Positions 1 to 13,213 of a stretch of DNA of 64,000 bases are shown here, piece by piece. Each line of letters begins with the position of its first letter. The stretch's first letter is position 1. Under the pieces are notes generated by a model. The model worked only from the letters and a program-made list of their open reading frames with translations, was not told where the DNA came from and did not search any database. A program made the translations under genes and the position numbers. Source of the DNA: Leptogorgia sarmentosa (Eukaryota). The stretch is from positions 3,100,001-3,164,000 of the forward strand of contig OZ210884.1 in the NCBI GenBank assembly GCA_964658305.1, written 5' to 3'.

Positions 1-70
1 GTACATACCTGCTTACGATGACCCGAATAGCGCTGAGTTTTTGGAGTTTGCTGAAGTGGTGGCAGCAGCC
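1..70 (+). CDS. Gene A, SEA domain exon 1 (5'-truncated by the window edge): YIPAYDDPNSAEFLEFAEVVAAA
   Basis: Open frame from position 2, ending at donor GTAAGT (71), phase 0. Resembles the SEA N-terminal helix (D-x-x-S-x-E-F). YIPAY recurs in the gene B SEA exon at 52746. Confidence 0.8.
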
Positions 71-663
71 GTAAGTGTAACATTTGCTGTAAAAAATATT
101 GCCGGATCACTCTGAATAGCTATTCAAGTAGTAGGTATAAATAAAACTATAGTTCGATTGACCCAATTAGCGACAATCTCGCTCGGTTAAAAATATCTGG
201 ATCTTCTGAGAATTTAAAATGTCTACAATCATCATATAATTTTTAGAGCTGGTCTGTTGCATTTCAAAGCAAGACGGATGAATCACCCAGCCGTTTCTGT
301 ATATGTAGCCCTCCCTGAAAAAAATCGAAACATGCATGCAAGTTAACGGGAAAATATACCAATGATCTTGCATGCCATGACATCTTTTTTCGGAGAAAAA
401 AAATAATTGATTGAAAATCGGATTAAATAAACTGGAAAAAACGACTGCGTTATTTTCAATGGTACAAATTAGTGAAATATTAAATAATAAGCGATTGAAT
501 TTCCAATAACTATTGTTTTTCACGATCAAGAAATGACACCTGATTGTCTTCGTAGTGCCTCATTTTCACTGATAAAAATAATGTATAATAACCTTCATGG
601 AATAGTTGACACTAAGTTATAGCTATCATTTTGAAACACTTTGTATTTTATCTTTGCTTGCAG

Positions 664-731
664 GTACTGGAAAAATTATTAAAAACAAAATTTAGAGACA
701 GCGTGATTGGAGTGAGAGTAATTTCTTTATA
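664..731 (+). CDS. Gene A, SEA exon 2: VLEKLLKTKFRDSVIGVRVISL(Y)
   Basis: Acceptor tttgcttgcAG, donor GTAAGT. 68 nt, phase 0 to 2, same length and phase as gene B exons 53062-53129 and 61693-61760. Confidence 0.8.
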
Positions 732-839
732 GTAAGTTTGGGAAATCCGGTATTTGGATTTATGGGCTGAAAGTACTACTAAACAAGTATCGAATAAATA
801 TTATAGGGAATAATAGTAAGATAATTCATATTATTATAT

Positions 840-1146
840 AGACAAGCACTATATATGAGATATTCTGTAATCTGATTGGCTGAGCTACTCACTAGCTATT
901 ACTTCATATATAGTGAGTAGGACGAATTAATTATCTCACTCAAGTGAGCTTAAAACAAAATGGCTGAAAATGGCTGAGCGTTTCCCTCAAATGAATGATT
1001 TTAATAAATTTTATAATGTTCGCCTTTTGTCTATATAATAAAACAATTATACCATTCGCTCTCGTCGTATATGGCTGATAGCCAACTCGGCTGCGCCTCG
1101 TCGGCTATCAGCTCATATACGACTCGAGCTCATGGTATAATTGTTA
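840..1146. mobile_element. Short non-autonomous element with a long imperfect hairpin (1042-1145)
   Basis: Arms aacaattataccat/atggtataattgtt and gtcgtatatg-gctgatagcc/ggctatcagc-catatacgac around centre ggctgcgcc. Left boundary approximate. Confidence 0.5.
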
Positions 1147-1525
1147 AATAAATATTTTCCAGTATTGATTAAGATATAATTTTCATTTGTAAAGTTTGTA
1201 GTTTACACCACGTAATTTTATTATCGCATATAAAAAAATAATAATAAAATTTGCGATAATAAAATTTCGTGGTGTAAAGTTCAAACTTCATAAATATTAT
1301 CTTCACCACGCAAACATTCAAAGAATTAATGATAGTTTTATCACGAAACATGCAGAACAAATCCAACGAGGGCGATATCGTTCACAATTTGAGAAATACC
1401 TTTCATATATCTAACGAACTATTTATTATCCCATTGATAAAATTATATATTGCATATGCACAGAGAATCACGAGGCTAGGAGGCATATATTTACTACGTG
1501 CCTGTTTTGTCTTTTTATACATCAG

Positions 1526-1701
1526 CAAAGGATCTGTTGGAATCAATTATACATCAGTATTTGAGCCAAAAACTGCTGGAGTGAACGCGACCTCTTTAAC
1601 CACGGAATTGGATGCAGTGCTTGATAAGAACGACAATGGATCATTCTTAGGGGATCTGCAGGTGACAGATGATCCCCAGAAAAGTGCAGTTACCTTCACT
1701 G
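1526..1701 (+). CDS. Gene A, SEA exon 3: KGSVGINYTSVFEPKTAGVNATSLTTELDAVLDKNDNGSFLGDLQVTDDPQKSAVTFT
   Basis: Acceptor ttttatacatcAG, donor GTAGGT. 176 nt, phase 2 to 1. SEA GSV motif. Same length as 54095-54270. Confidence 0.85.
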
Positions 1702-2442
1702 GTAGGTTTATATAGTAATATATGTTGAGATCTAACAGTTATTATAGGAATTACTCAATAAAGATTTATAATCACTTTTCTTAGCTCGAGTGCGCTTGAG
1801 GAAAGAGCTGATTCAAATATGTGCGCAAAAAAGAACAAAATAACAAAACAAAGTATACCGAGAAGCATAATCTTATGATTTTAACGAAGAAAATAATTTT
1901 GAAATATCTCATACAGTGCATATCCTTTGCCAAAATAACGGTTTAACTGTTTTGCCTGTCTGAAATCGTTTGAAATTTCTTCGTAAAATAGCCTTCGAAT
2001 TTTCGGGTTACTGTGTTCCAAATCTATGATTTGACGAATAATTTCTGGTTAATAAAGATAGGAATTGAGATGCCGAGAGATTTGAAGCGGTAATTAGCTA
2101 CATATCCCTTGAATCATCAAAATAATATTTTCCGATTTGATAAGAACTCTTATCAATACAACAAAATATTCAGTGTCTATAGTTATGTTTAGTTATTCCC
2201 AGGATGAACGGAAGCGTAATTAAAATTTGACTCATCCACCGTCTTATAGGATGCTAACTAATTAGAGAAATCAGATTGATTGCAAATATCAAGCAAGCAC
2301 TTATTGTGGGTCTCGTTCTTACATTTATGGAGATAAATATGTGCTAACAAGAAGAATTTGTCGCACTATTCTTGCGTACAAGCATTCATAGTAATTGAAC
2401 TTTTCAACAAGTTTGTATTCCATTTATACTTTTTCATTACAG

Positions 2443-2577
2443 ATTATGATGAATGTAATCCCCCCAAAGACGTTCACACTCCTGACTGCGGAGATAACTC
2501 AGTATGCACCAATCTTGAAACAACTTACGAATGCACCTGCCTTGAAGGTTTCACGGGAACTGGGCGCAATTGTACTG
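2443..2577 (+). CDS. Gene A, calcium-binding EGF exon: DYDECNPPKDVHTPDCGDNSVCTNLETTYECTCLEGFTGTGRNCT
   Basis: Acceptor ttttcattacAG, donor GTACGT. 135 nt, phase 1-1. D-x-D-E-C start, six Cys, C-x-N-x4-Y-x-C signature. Confidence 0.92.
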
Positions 2578-2661
2578 GTACGTTTCTCTGAAAACACATA
2601 TAATAAGTGGAAATTCAAATTTCAACATGCTAAACATTTAATTTTAATCTTTTAAAATTAG

Positions 2662-2688
2662 ATGTAGATTCGGCACCTGTAGAGCGCG
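2662..2688 (+). CDS. Possible 27-nt microexon of gene A (DVDSAPVER)
   Basis: ttttaaaattAG|ATGTAGATTCGGCACCTGTAGAGCGCG|GTAATA. Phase 1-1, open, 84-nt upstream intron. Confidence 0.35.
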
Positions 2689-3818
2689 GTAATAATGTTA
2701 ATTACTCGTCGAGGAGTTTTCAAAATTGGCGTAAAAAAACAAACATCAGTAGGAACTTCTTTGGGAAGTAAAAAAGGATCTAGTTTGAAACATGATTAAA
2801 AAATAACACGAGAGTCACATATCACTAACAAAATACGTCTTTTATAGAGTATTGTTTAGGCTTTTTATGCTAGGAGTTACTATCGCAAGAAAAGTCCTGC
2901 CATAGCGCGCATAGGTAGGGTTATAGAAACAGTGACTTGTTCTCATGATACGATGATACAAAGTGAAACTAATCACGTAATGTTATGTTTCCGAGTTTTT
3001 AAAAAGCCTGGCCAAGATACGTTTCCTCGTAATACGATGCCAGGAAGTGAAATGTCATATAGCCTACCCGAGTATTCAGAAATAACGCGTGTGACAGCCT
3101 TCGTGATACGATCATACAAGGTGAAAATTATTACCGATACGATTAAGTTTACCACGTTTATATCTCGTTCTTTAAAAGACAATCGGAAGCTCAAAATAAT
3201 AATTCAAAATGTGATTCAATACGCATATTGTGTTTATGTTCCGTTCTTTAAAAAGAAACAGCTCGCTATTTAGGGTGAAGGTTTACTGTTAGGGTATAGT
3301 AAACACTAAAAATAAACACAAAACCTAACATTCTAATAAGGCTAGCAATATATAGTTGGACAGCAATACGTCTGCGACACTGCGTGCGCAGGTACAAACA
3401 TATGGTTTGATTCCTCCCCACTGAATGCATCCTCGAATGTACTGTTCCCCAAAATTCAGAATTACGACAATCGGAAGGAAGGACAAACACTAGATCCATA
3501 TTCGAGTTCACATAGGTCCGCGCCAACGACTGTAAAACATGAGCACTCACACGATGTTTCCCTCGCAGCACAAATATTGTTCGAAGCACCCCTCATTTTC
3601 TAGCTAAAATGATTTGGAGCTTTGAAAATTCCCCCAGAATTACGACATCTTCCAGGACAGACACAAATCGAGATTTCGACGATACATAGTTCCGCGCGAA
3701 AGACTGGATCGAGTGACGCCAAGAAGAGTGTGCTGCCTCGCTGTTGTTCGGCAGCAATAATATTGTCAAATTACTTACCAACGTTTGCAAAACTAAAGTG
3801 CAATATTTTCAATTTTAG

Positions 3819-3866
3819 TTGTGTCGACAACACCGACTTCACCAAATGTAACAACAACCCAACAAG
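3819..3866 (+). CDS. Gene A, 48-nt PTS microexon (VVSTTPTSPNVTTTQQ)
   Basis: ttttcaattttAG...CAAG|GTAC. Phase 1-1. Homologous to the exon in the 345-bp array. Confidence 0.75.
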
Positions 3867-4054
3867 GTACTCTTTCTTCTATGTTTTCGTTCTATAAACC
3901 AAATCGAGATTTCGACTATACATAGTTCCGCGCGAAAGACTGGATCGAGTGACGCCAAGAAGAGTGTGCTGCCTCGCTGTTGTTCGGCAGCAATAATATT
4001 GTCAAATTATTTACCAAAGTTTGCAAAACTAAAGTGCAATATTTTCAATTTTAG

Positions 4055-4102
4055 TTGTGCCGACAACATCGACTTCACCAAATGTAACAACAACCCAACA
4101 AG
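4055..4102 (+). CDS. Gene A, 48-nt PTS microexon (VVPTTSTSPNVTTTQQ)
   Basis: Same splice signals and phase as 3819-3866. Confidence 0.75.
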
Positions 4103-5754
4103 GTACTCTTTCTTCTATGTTTTCGCTCTATAAACCAAGGTGTTTTTTCTTACCTTTCGCCCGCTTAGGTAGTTTTAAAGCTCTAGGTGTTGTCTGGAAA
4201 ATCTGTCTTTCATTATTGCAACAATGTTGGAATAATGTCTGCAAAGTATAGGCGAATGCCTCATGGTATGCATACATAGTCAAATTGAAACAAAATACAA
4301 CAACAGTATCACTAAATCTGTGCTGAAACTTTTAATTTCAGCGATATTTTCCTCAAATTTGGGTCATTCCCTTGAACTTACTGTTGAAAAATAAAAATTC
4401 CACTCAAAATTGATTCTTATACGAATGAAACGAACTAGTCATTCGCATTAAAACAAATTTGGATGGAATTTGATAATTATGCTGTGTTATGCTGATTTTC
4501 AGTCAGCTTTGCAGAGTGGTATAATTTAATATTGAAACGTAAATAACTCGAAATCGTTAGTCACGGAAAAAATGTTAACTTCATCAATTGATGACCAGCT
4601 TGAGGCGTACGTCTCACAAAATGAGCAGTTGTGGCGGAAGGTCGAAAATTTAGAGGGGGGAGGGGTTGTACATATTAATAATATATTTGTGTTTACAGAC
4701 CTTGAGAACAATAGGTTTGAAAAGAAATTAGTTATGCAGAACAGGAATAATATTCGATATCAATATTCATATAATATTCATATATTATATGAATATGATA
4801 ATAATATTCATAATTATATGAATATGAGCTCCCCCTCCAATTATCGATCATCCATTTATGCTTCTTTGCAATAATACAAGAGTTCAATTGCAATTTTAAT
4901 TCACAATTTTTGCGATTCAAATATTGATTAAAATTTTTTGTTTCTCCTTTCAATGTAGCATCGTTGAACATCTTGCAAGGTAAGTCGATGAGTTTAGAAC
5001 CAGATAAATTACCCTTGTTATTCTACATCACCTAATACGAACCTAGGGTCGAACCAAGTTATACGTGATCGAGCATCTTATTGAATCTTTCTAATTTTTT
5101 AACAAAAGCTAGGGATCATAATTTCTTAAAACGTTCCTAAATTTCCTTTAACAAAAGTTGGAAACGTAAATAAAAAATTCTCAATGTCAATTTTCAAAGT
5201 GGATTCCTATGATCTGGAATAAAAACGTAACAATGTTCATTTTCAAAGTCGACGTCAAATTTTATCAACGTAAATAAAAATCTCATGGCAAAAAATTTAT
5301 CAAGATTTCTTAAAATAAGAAATTTATTTTTTTAATGAGAATTGATTTTCTTAATATAAGAAATATTTAATTTTCAAGAAATATTTTTCTTAAAACAAGA
5401 ACGAATTTCTAACTAATATTCTTAAAATAAGAAAATGTTTTCTTATGATTTCTGATGCATTGACAATAAGAAATATTTTTCTCAAAATGAGAAAATCAAT
5501 TTCTTTCCAGTGGAAAAATAAGAAAATAAAACACTGTAAAAACTGATAGGTTAAAATAACCTATTTTTAAACCTGATAAATATATATTATTTACCGGCTG
5601 GGAGAGTCCGGGTACTGATTCCCGAAACTTTTTTTAAATATCTGAATAGGCTAGTGCATCAAATTTTTGTGCGATTCGTGTACATCTTAAACTATCGTTC
5701 ACGTGTATCTATATAGCAGTACATTCACCGTATTTCTCTAAACATATTTTTCAG

Positions 5755-5857
5755 TTGATGATGTCGAAAGAGTGAAGTACATCGTCGTAACTACGCTTAT
5801 TTTCCTTGGAGTTTGCATAACATTCTCCCTAGCATTGACAATAATCTCAATTTCACT
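5755..5857 (+). CDS. Gene A, transmembrane exon: VDDVERVKYIVVTTLIFLGVCITFSLALTIISIS(L)
   Basis: Acceptor catatttttcAG, donor GTGAGT. Phase 1 to 2, open, about 25 consecutive uncharged and mostly hydrophobic residues. Confidence 0.75.
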
Positions 5858-7365
5858 GTGAGTAAATACCCTGCTACTATTAATATAAGCTGTTCAAAAT
5901 AGCTCCGAAGAAGTATTCGGACAAGATTTTTAATGAAGCCAGAAAAAGGTCGAATAGTCAAATCAATATGCAGTATTTTTCGAAATTTTAAAAATTGCTG
6001 CATAAAGCTGTAGTATGCAGGTTCAGTCTGCTAATCATATGGGAATTTGGTTCTTCTCTGTTGGCGTGTGAGTGTTAGAGGGGCTTATCAAATGAAATGG
6101 CGACAAATAATAAACGCATGCGTCGAACGTACATTCACTAACTGGAAATATTTTGAGTGGAAATGTGAGACAAGTATTACATGAGTTACATTGGCGAAAC
6201 CGATAAATTACTTACTGCAATTTACCGCTTAATTAAGTAAAAAATGTTTCAATCTTTACAAGATCTAATTAAAGATTCGTAAGGTTTACAAATATCGCAG
6301 GCAATTTGCTCAGCAAGATATCATTCGCTCGTTTTATGATTAAAAATGTTCATGGCTTATACATTAGACGAAATAACAAAATGGCGAAATAGCTCTTTTC
6401 AAGCGAAATTCAAAGGATATTTTGAGGTATATCTCAGCTATCTTTCGAGCTGTTTCAATCGATTTTAAGAGGTTAATACAACTTGCTTTGACGTTGTAAT
6501 CACGGTTTTGTTTTCTTCTTTAAACATAGTCGTTTTTAATGTTAAAAATGGGTAAATTCTAGAAACATTCAGCTTTCCAATGGTGATAGACCTATGGCAC
6601 CAACGAGATTATCTATTTAATTAACCGAGAAAGCCCAAACAATTAATTTGAATACATTTTAATCCAAGCTTATACAGGATAGTACCAAATACCAAGTACT
6701 TTGTCATGTTTCAGTTCAAAATAGAACAACCTGTGAGTGAACACGGCTAATTAAAATTCCAAAGGCCAGTATTTCTCCATCATGTCCATTATTTCTCGCC
6801 ATGGTCAACAATGGATTTTCCAAGAAGAAGTGTTCTTTTTACTTCTTATGTTGTTCATTTATATCCAATGATAGTGCTGCTATTTCCCCTCATATCTCAT
6901 TTTATGATTAACATATTCGGCTTCCCCACTGTTCTGTCTTCAAACAATGTTAATAATTGTGCAAACTTTCGATATTTTTAGTGCTTTTGGGAGAATTGGA
7001 TTTCGCAACTCGAGAAAGATTGAACGCTTTGAACTACAAGATAGCGAATACGCCGATTCCATCACAGCTCCAAATTATCGCAAAAGACCTGCAATGTCTA
7101 CCTACTATGATTAATTAGGCGATTGTTATTTTAAGTCGCCAATAACGATAATAGCGTAGTAGCTATATAACTAGCTAATTATAACTAGGCGTTTTGTAAG
7201 AAGCAATATATTCACCAAAAAATCGTATTTCGTACATGAATAGAAAACCAGACAGCACAATTACGACGAACATGTATCGTATACTGTTAAAAAGTAATGT
7301 TGAATATATACTCGTTCACACCAGCGTTTTAGGCATAATCGTCATTCATAAACATTTTTTTTTAT

Positions 7366-7476
7366 AATAATGTAATCAATTAAGGTAATTATAATCAATT
7401 ACAGTAAGGCAATAATGTAATCTATTAAGGTAATTGTAATCAATTAAGGTAATAATGTAATCAATTAAGGCAATTG
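7366..7476. repeat. Short degenerate tandem repeat of taatcaattaaggtaat
   Basis: About 5 imperfect copies visible. Confidence 0.7.
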
Positions 7477-9044
7477 TTTTCGGAAGTATCGTTTTTCAGC
7501 GACAAATATACGTAGTTTAATCCAAGGTGCAATTGGCTAGTTGTGTGTTATTGAGGGGCTTGTTATAATTTCTACGAGCGAAACTTTTCTTTTTCTCCCA
7601 CTTTCGAACGGACCCAACCGAATGCTGACGAATAATAAACTTTCAAATCGGGACACGTGACATGAGTATGCTGAAATATGACTGGCCGAGCTAGGAATAT
7701 TAAGCGCTTCCGATAAAATGTAAATTCGTTCATTTACCCAAGGTATTGCTCAAAATTTCAAGCTTAGAACAGTCTGAAAAATATTAGAATTCTCAAAATA
7801 TACCAAACCCCCATTATTATTTTACTCTGCTGAATTTCGCAAATGTCCAATTCGTCATTTACCGTAAGAAGGAAAACATTTTTGCGCGAAAGAGGAATAA
7901 ATAATCTTGGAGCGAAAGAAGGGCCGATTTTTCCGAGGAAAGGGGGGTAAAATTTAACCTGAAAGAGGGTAAAATTTTACTCCCAAAAGAGTGTGAATTT
8001 TACTACTAAAAAGAGATGAATTTTACTCGAATTGAATTTGATGAATTTTGGTAAATTTTATTCGAAAGGAGCAGAAATTTTGGAAAGCAGCCTTAAGGGT
8101 AGTGGTGAGGATGATTAACCGAGTGCGAGGTCAGTACGGGAAAGTTTTCCCTCAGGCAGACCGAGCGACGAAATAAACTGCGAGGTCTGTGTGTTGAAAA
8201 TCGAAGGAAATACGTTCCCGTACAGACCCCGCAGGAGTAATAATGGCTATTTGGGCAGGGTTAAAGGCAAGATAACCGAGCCTGAAGTTGCTCCATTTGG
8301 GCGCCATTTTGGGTTACCGTTCAAGGTTGAGTGGACGAAGGGCGAAGGCTAGATATCATTATATAAAGGCTTTCCAAAAAGTGAATACAAAGACCAAAAT
8401 TGTTCTTGCTATTTAAAACTGTAGTTCGTCCTTTAAGAGATCTGAAATCTTGACACTGGTCTCGAGGTATCAGATAATACACACTCGCTCTTTTTTTAAC
8501 TTGTACAAGAAGTACCGAGGTTGCTTCATAACAAATCTTGTGTATTTGTGCATAGCTACATATTTATAATTTCCATAAATTTAAGGTGTACGTACATGCA
8601 AGGTTATGTATAAGGTAACTGACGCGACAATAAAAAAAAAACTACAAGCCCTACGAATGCTTCTAAATTAATGTGCTTCAAGTTTATAAGTCCATGCATC
8701 TATATAGAGATAAATAGTTAATTGACAAAAAAGTCTGAAAAGCAGGATTATTCAACCCCATATTTTTCTAATAGCAATACCTCTGTCAGCTTTGTTGTGC
8801 GTTTTTCTGCTGTCATGCGCACGTGAATTTGACGCAGAATCTTCTAGAAAAAATTATGTACATCAATAAAGAAACACTTGAAATTATCATGAATATTTAA
8901 TTAATCAATGTAGGTTACGCTCGATGCGCCGATAATAATATTTTCAACAGTCACGATAGCAGCAGGAACTGGAAGTAGAGATAGAACAAAGCTTTCTCGT
9001 GTAGCGACACTGGAAAACAGATGATTACTTTTTATTGTTTACAG

Positions 9045-9096
9045 CCGCTTGGCATTTGCTCAGAAACAACGAGTGACAGCAAAATATATGCAGTGA
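9045..9096 (+). CDS. Gene A, probable last coding exon: short basic cytoplasmic tail (L)RLAFAQKQRVTAKYMQ*
   Basis: Strong acceptor tactttttattgtttacAG. Phase 2 matches the TM exon. TGA at 9094-9096, AATAAA about 90 nt downstream. An alternative acceptor near 6529 would give LRF*. Confidence 0.5.
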
Positions 9097-9184
9097 AAAT
9101 AATGAAATTGAGGACATTAAAATTGCTGGATTTTCCATCAATTTATGATGATGCTGCATTGCCGTCATTTATGGCTTTCACTAT

Positions 9185-9190
9185 AATAAA
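9185..9190 (+). promoter_or_regulatory. Candidate polyadenylation signal of gene A
   Basis: AATAAA downstream of the inferred stop. Weak, because the motif is common in AT-rich DNA. Confidence 0.3.
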
Positions 9191-12100
9191 TTTAGATTCT
9201 TGCAAGACCTTGATAAATGCAGAGTAGCAGTTCAAATAACATTGTGACGGCAGCACCGCTAATTGTGTAGGCATTAAACCCAGTCTAATTGTAATTCAGC
9301 CATGCAGTGCCCAACTAATTTAGTCTGGCTAGCTTACCACTTAACCAAACATACAGCTGCATAATCTTACCCAAATCAATTGCTAATGTTAAATTTACGC
9401 ACGTATACTGAATTACGCGTAGAAAATATTTCTTAGTTTGACCATATAAATATACATTATGAAATGTATACTAATTATTGAATGACTCCACCGCCTTATA
9501 TCAGATCCAAGTCAAAGTACGCATTCCCTTCCCTTCTTAAAGTACATATATCAGTAACCAGGTTTCGCCGAAAATCGTTAGCGTTATCAAGCAATCTAGT
9601 TTTATGCATTTTGGGTGATTTCCAACATAGCTACTGCATGTAAATTAGCCTACAGTACTAAATACTATACTATTTAATTTTAGTCGTCTTGTCCTAATGC
9701 GTTGTTAATAGACTCACAAAAAATTACTCCATCTTCAAATCTGTTGGAATTTGAAATTAATTAAACAAAATTTGAGAAAAAAAAGTATGGAATGAATTTC
9801 CTGTCAGCTGGACATCCACAGTGCTTGGTAACAGTCAAAACAAGCCAAAACAATGTTCCAAATGGTTGCTTAAATACTTTATGGAATTGAAAAGAAGATA
9901 TCATAACAACATAATTTTTGATGATTATTTTTTAAAAAATGGTTTGGAAAAGGCTAAACGATCGCGAGTTTGATTTCCATTCAATATGTAAACCAACTTC
10001 TGTTTGAATAACAAGAATCTAAAAATAAACAATACATCTTTCGGCAGTTGCTAAACTTTAAAAATAAACACTTTTGCTGATCATTGAGAAATATTGATTA
10101 GTGGTCACATTGGCTGGTGAAACATGCAGGCCGCTGTAATTCGAACAAATAAACCAATTGTTAGGTGTGAAAGAAACAGGAGGTTATGAAAATTGCAAAA
10201 TACCTTTATCGTAAATATTCAGATAACAATGAAAAATGAAAAATCTATCGAATGTATCAAAAACGTATATCACGCGTTATTTAAGTTTAAAACATCAAAA
10301 GGACAGCGCCATATAGTCATATCAAAACCAAATCTGTTGTTGTTTCGTGAGGAGAATCGGAATATCCTCTCTCATAGGCAAAGCCAAAGTTAATTTAATA
10401 GGAAGAAGACCAACCGCCCTGGCTTAGTCATCAACATCTAGCTAACCTTAAAACGCAATGAACACGAGTAGAGACCGGGAAAAACCCAACAAAAGATATT
10501 CCACAACGCTAGGTTGCCGGCTCAACAAACAATTATAATGTAAATATTTTCAAGTGTTAACAAATTGTGCTTTCATGGTCAATTACCATGCAGTCTTTTG
10601 TAATCAATTTTGCGTGGGTGATTATAAAACATACAAATCTTTGTAGTCATTCTACGTAGGACACGGCGGATGGCTTAATTAAACTCGGAATGCTTTAGAG
10701 TGGTCGATTACATTTAATTGCTTATATATACCTTATAACATTGAGTGAACTTTAGAGCTTCCTGCGCTTTTCCAATCAATTTAAATAAGTAATTTGTACT
10801 AAAGATGCAGTCATAACAGCTGTATCCCTTGAAACTTGTGTACCTTTAGTGTGGTAAATCCTACTCAAATATCGAATAGCCACTGTAGCTAATAACATAT
10901 TGTGATTGGCTGAGATATATTAGCTGGTTTTGTTTCCTATTATGAAGATAAAAGCCCAACATAGTGGTTTAAATAGAGCCATTAAAAACACAGATTTAAA
11001 TAGAAAATGTTTTATCAAGTGACGTTTCGTCTAAAGTAAAAACATAAAAACAACGTCCAGCTAAATAGACTATATTACAAGTCGAAATTTAACTAAACAC
11101 ACCAGCTATAAGGCCGGTGACGATATATTGAAATGAGGTACAATACACGGAATTTAGAGAGTATGATAATGATAATAATAAGTATTTAACAGGGTTTATA
11201 TTACTGCTTCCTATGATATGAGAAATTCCCAAGTGTTACGAAATTCTGGCAGTGTAAATGTACAGTATATAATATACAGCACCAGATCGTATATACTTGG
11301 GAAATGTGTCTTGAAGAGAAAGAAGGAAGAGGTTCGTGCGTTTTGAAGAGCGAACGACGAATCTGGTATCGCGATGAGGAAAAGCTTCGCTAAAGAGGCT
11401 CTGATTTGTGGCCGGATTTGAACAGATTGCTATCTTTCAAAGAAAATACAGAAATAGATTATTTTCTCAATAAAATGGCGATAGGTACAGTCTAACATAG
11501 GAGAGGTTAATTCATACAATTTGCATAACTTTCTTATAGCTTCTGGTTTAACGTGGTAAACGAATGGAATGGAAAAAGACATCTATATGAAAAACTGATT
11601 TATTCCTTATTTGATTCGAACATTGTTATTATATGAGAATGACCGTCATCTCCATAAGCATGACCGGCAATTACCTTGGTTATATCATTAAAATCAGTTG
11701 TTAACTTTCTGTTTCCAAGACGTATTCTAATCAATTCTGTTATACTTTAGTTATTTACAGCTGTTTACAAAACCGGTTGACGAAAATTGTGACTCGGTTT
11801 CGATCGAAATTAGTTTGTTTTACCCAAGACAACGCGGAGTCATGTCTACCTAATAAAAGACCTTTTGAATGAAGATTGTGGCAATTACCCAGCAATTCAC
11901 AGCACAATGACATACCGAATTTGGATTAGCTTTCTTTCGGAATATTCTTTATGTAATCTTTATGTAAAAACAACAAAGGATGTATTGATAATGCTGTGTT
12001 GTACAAATTGTCCCCAAAAAAGTCCTCTTTTGTTGTTAATCTCGAGTTATTGAACCTCTGGAAATTTAAATTAGGTTCTGACGAACAGCAACACAAACAC

Positions 12101-12998
12101 GGGTTGTTGTATATACTTCTGTCGTTCATGAACCATTTAATTTATTCTCAAAAGCATTACAACGCACGTTTGGCCGCAAAAGAGCTGACTTCTATCGAAG
12201 GGACAGCCTTCACAGAATATTTTTGCTAGAATTGTCCTCTGTGTTGATTTCGGTTTAACCTATGACGAGAATAAAGTTAAGCGCGGGACCACGGCATTCG
12301 TGTAGTCAAAAGCCTAAATCTCTTATCTCCTGAACATATCATGCGAACTCATTTTGAGTTTTCAACGTTGTCCAACAATGTGATAAAGCCATCAGTTTGG
12401 TGTGAGTATATCATAGGTTTATTAACAACAGCTTGTAATTCTCTTCTATATATTTTGGTCATAACAAGTTAGTGAAAAGTCTTCATCCGCTAAATATAGG
12501 GAACAATTATAGATGCAATCAACGATAACGTTATTATTATGTAAGTTTGTGGTCAATTATATTTTGCTACTATCCAAAGGGTGCACGCAATCCTCACTTT
12601 CTTTCACACTTAAAATGTTGTTTCCTTGTTGGAACTACTCAGCCTGTATTTATTAATTAAGCCAGTAATGTTTGTAACTCCAAGCATCCTTTTCTCTATA
12701 AAAACTCTGGTTAATAATTCACCGAGAGCCGTGTCGATCGCTTTTTTTAAATGCCAGTAGAATATATTGTAATTATTGCTAATCGTCAGCGCATTAACAG
12801 CATTGAACACTAATCAATTTCGCTCGATGATCAGCGTAAGTTTTTATTCTTTAAAGGTTAACAGCTACTAGCTATATGGCAATCGTTCGTCTTAGAACAG
12901 GAAATCTAGGAATCATAGGGTGTTGTTGCGTGCTTTCACAGGTTTTGTTTTTTCCGAGATGGGAATGAAGCAAATATTCGCAGCGTGTGTGTAACATA

Positions 12999-13213
12999 AT
13001 AACGAACAAGAGCAGGAAGGATAATCTCACTTGCTACCTAAACGATAAAACAGATTTGACGTTTCGACCGAAGGGCATTCGTCGAGAATTAGTAGAGGAA
13101 AGTAATTCCTAGAAATTCCAGTACTAATTCCCGACGAAGGCCCTTCGGTCGAAACGTCGAATCTGTTTTATTGTTAAGGTAGTGAGATTATCCTTCCTTC
13201 TCTTGTTCGTTAT
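12999..13213. mobile_element. 215-bp inverted repeat with a minimal hammerhead-ribozyme-like motif in each arm; Penelope-like terminal repeat remnant
   Basis: Arms ataacgaacaagag...gagaattagta and tactaattcccg...ctcttgttcgttat. Plus-strand motif ATTC-CCGACGA-AGGCC(CTTC)GGTC-GAAA-CGTC-GAAT at 13127-13162. Confidence 0.6.

Larger units (their letters stand above)
3662..4138 (+). repeat. Two near-identical 236-bp tandem units, each with one PTS microexon; a more diverged partial unit lies at about 3480-3600
   Basis: aaatcgagatttcgac...ctataaacc repeated with period 236. Confidence 0.9.

Noticed and set aside
2932..3273. 113-aa plus-strand ORF in a gene A intron
   Set aside because: No domain motif and no convincing phase-compatible splice sites.
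5280..5580. AT-rich ttcttaaaataagaaa repeats with CAGTG/CACTG motifs, and aattttactc repeats near 7940-8065, resembling CACTA-type ends
   Set aside because: I could not pair termini or find a TSD, so the evidence is too weak to call.
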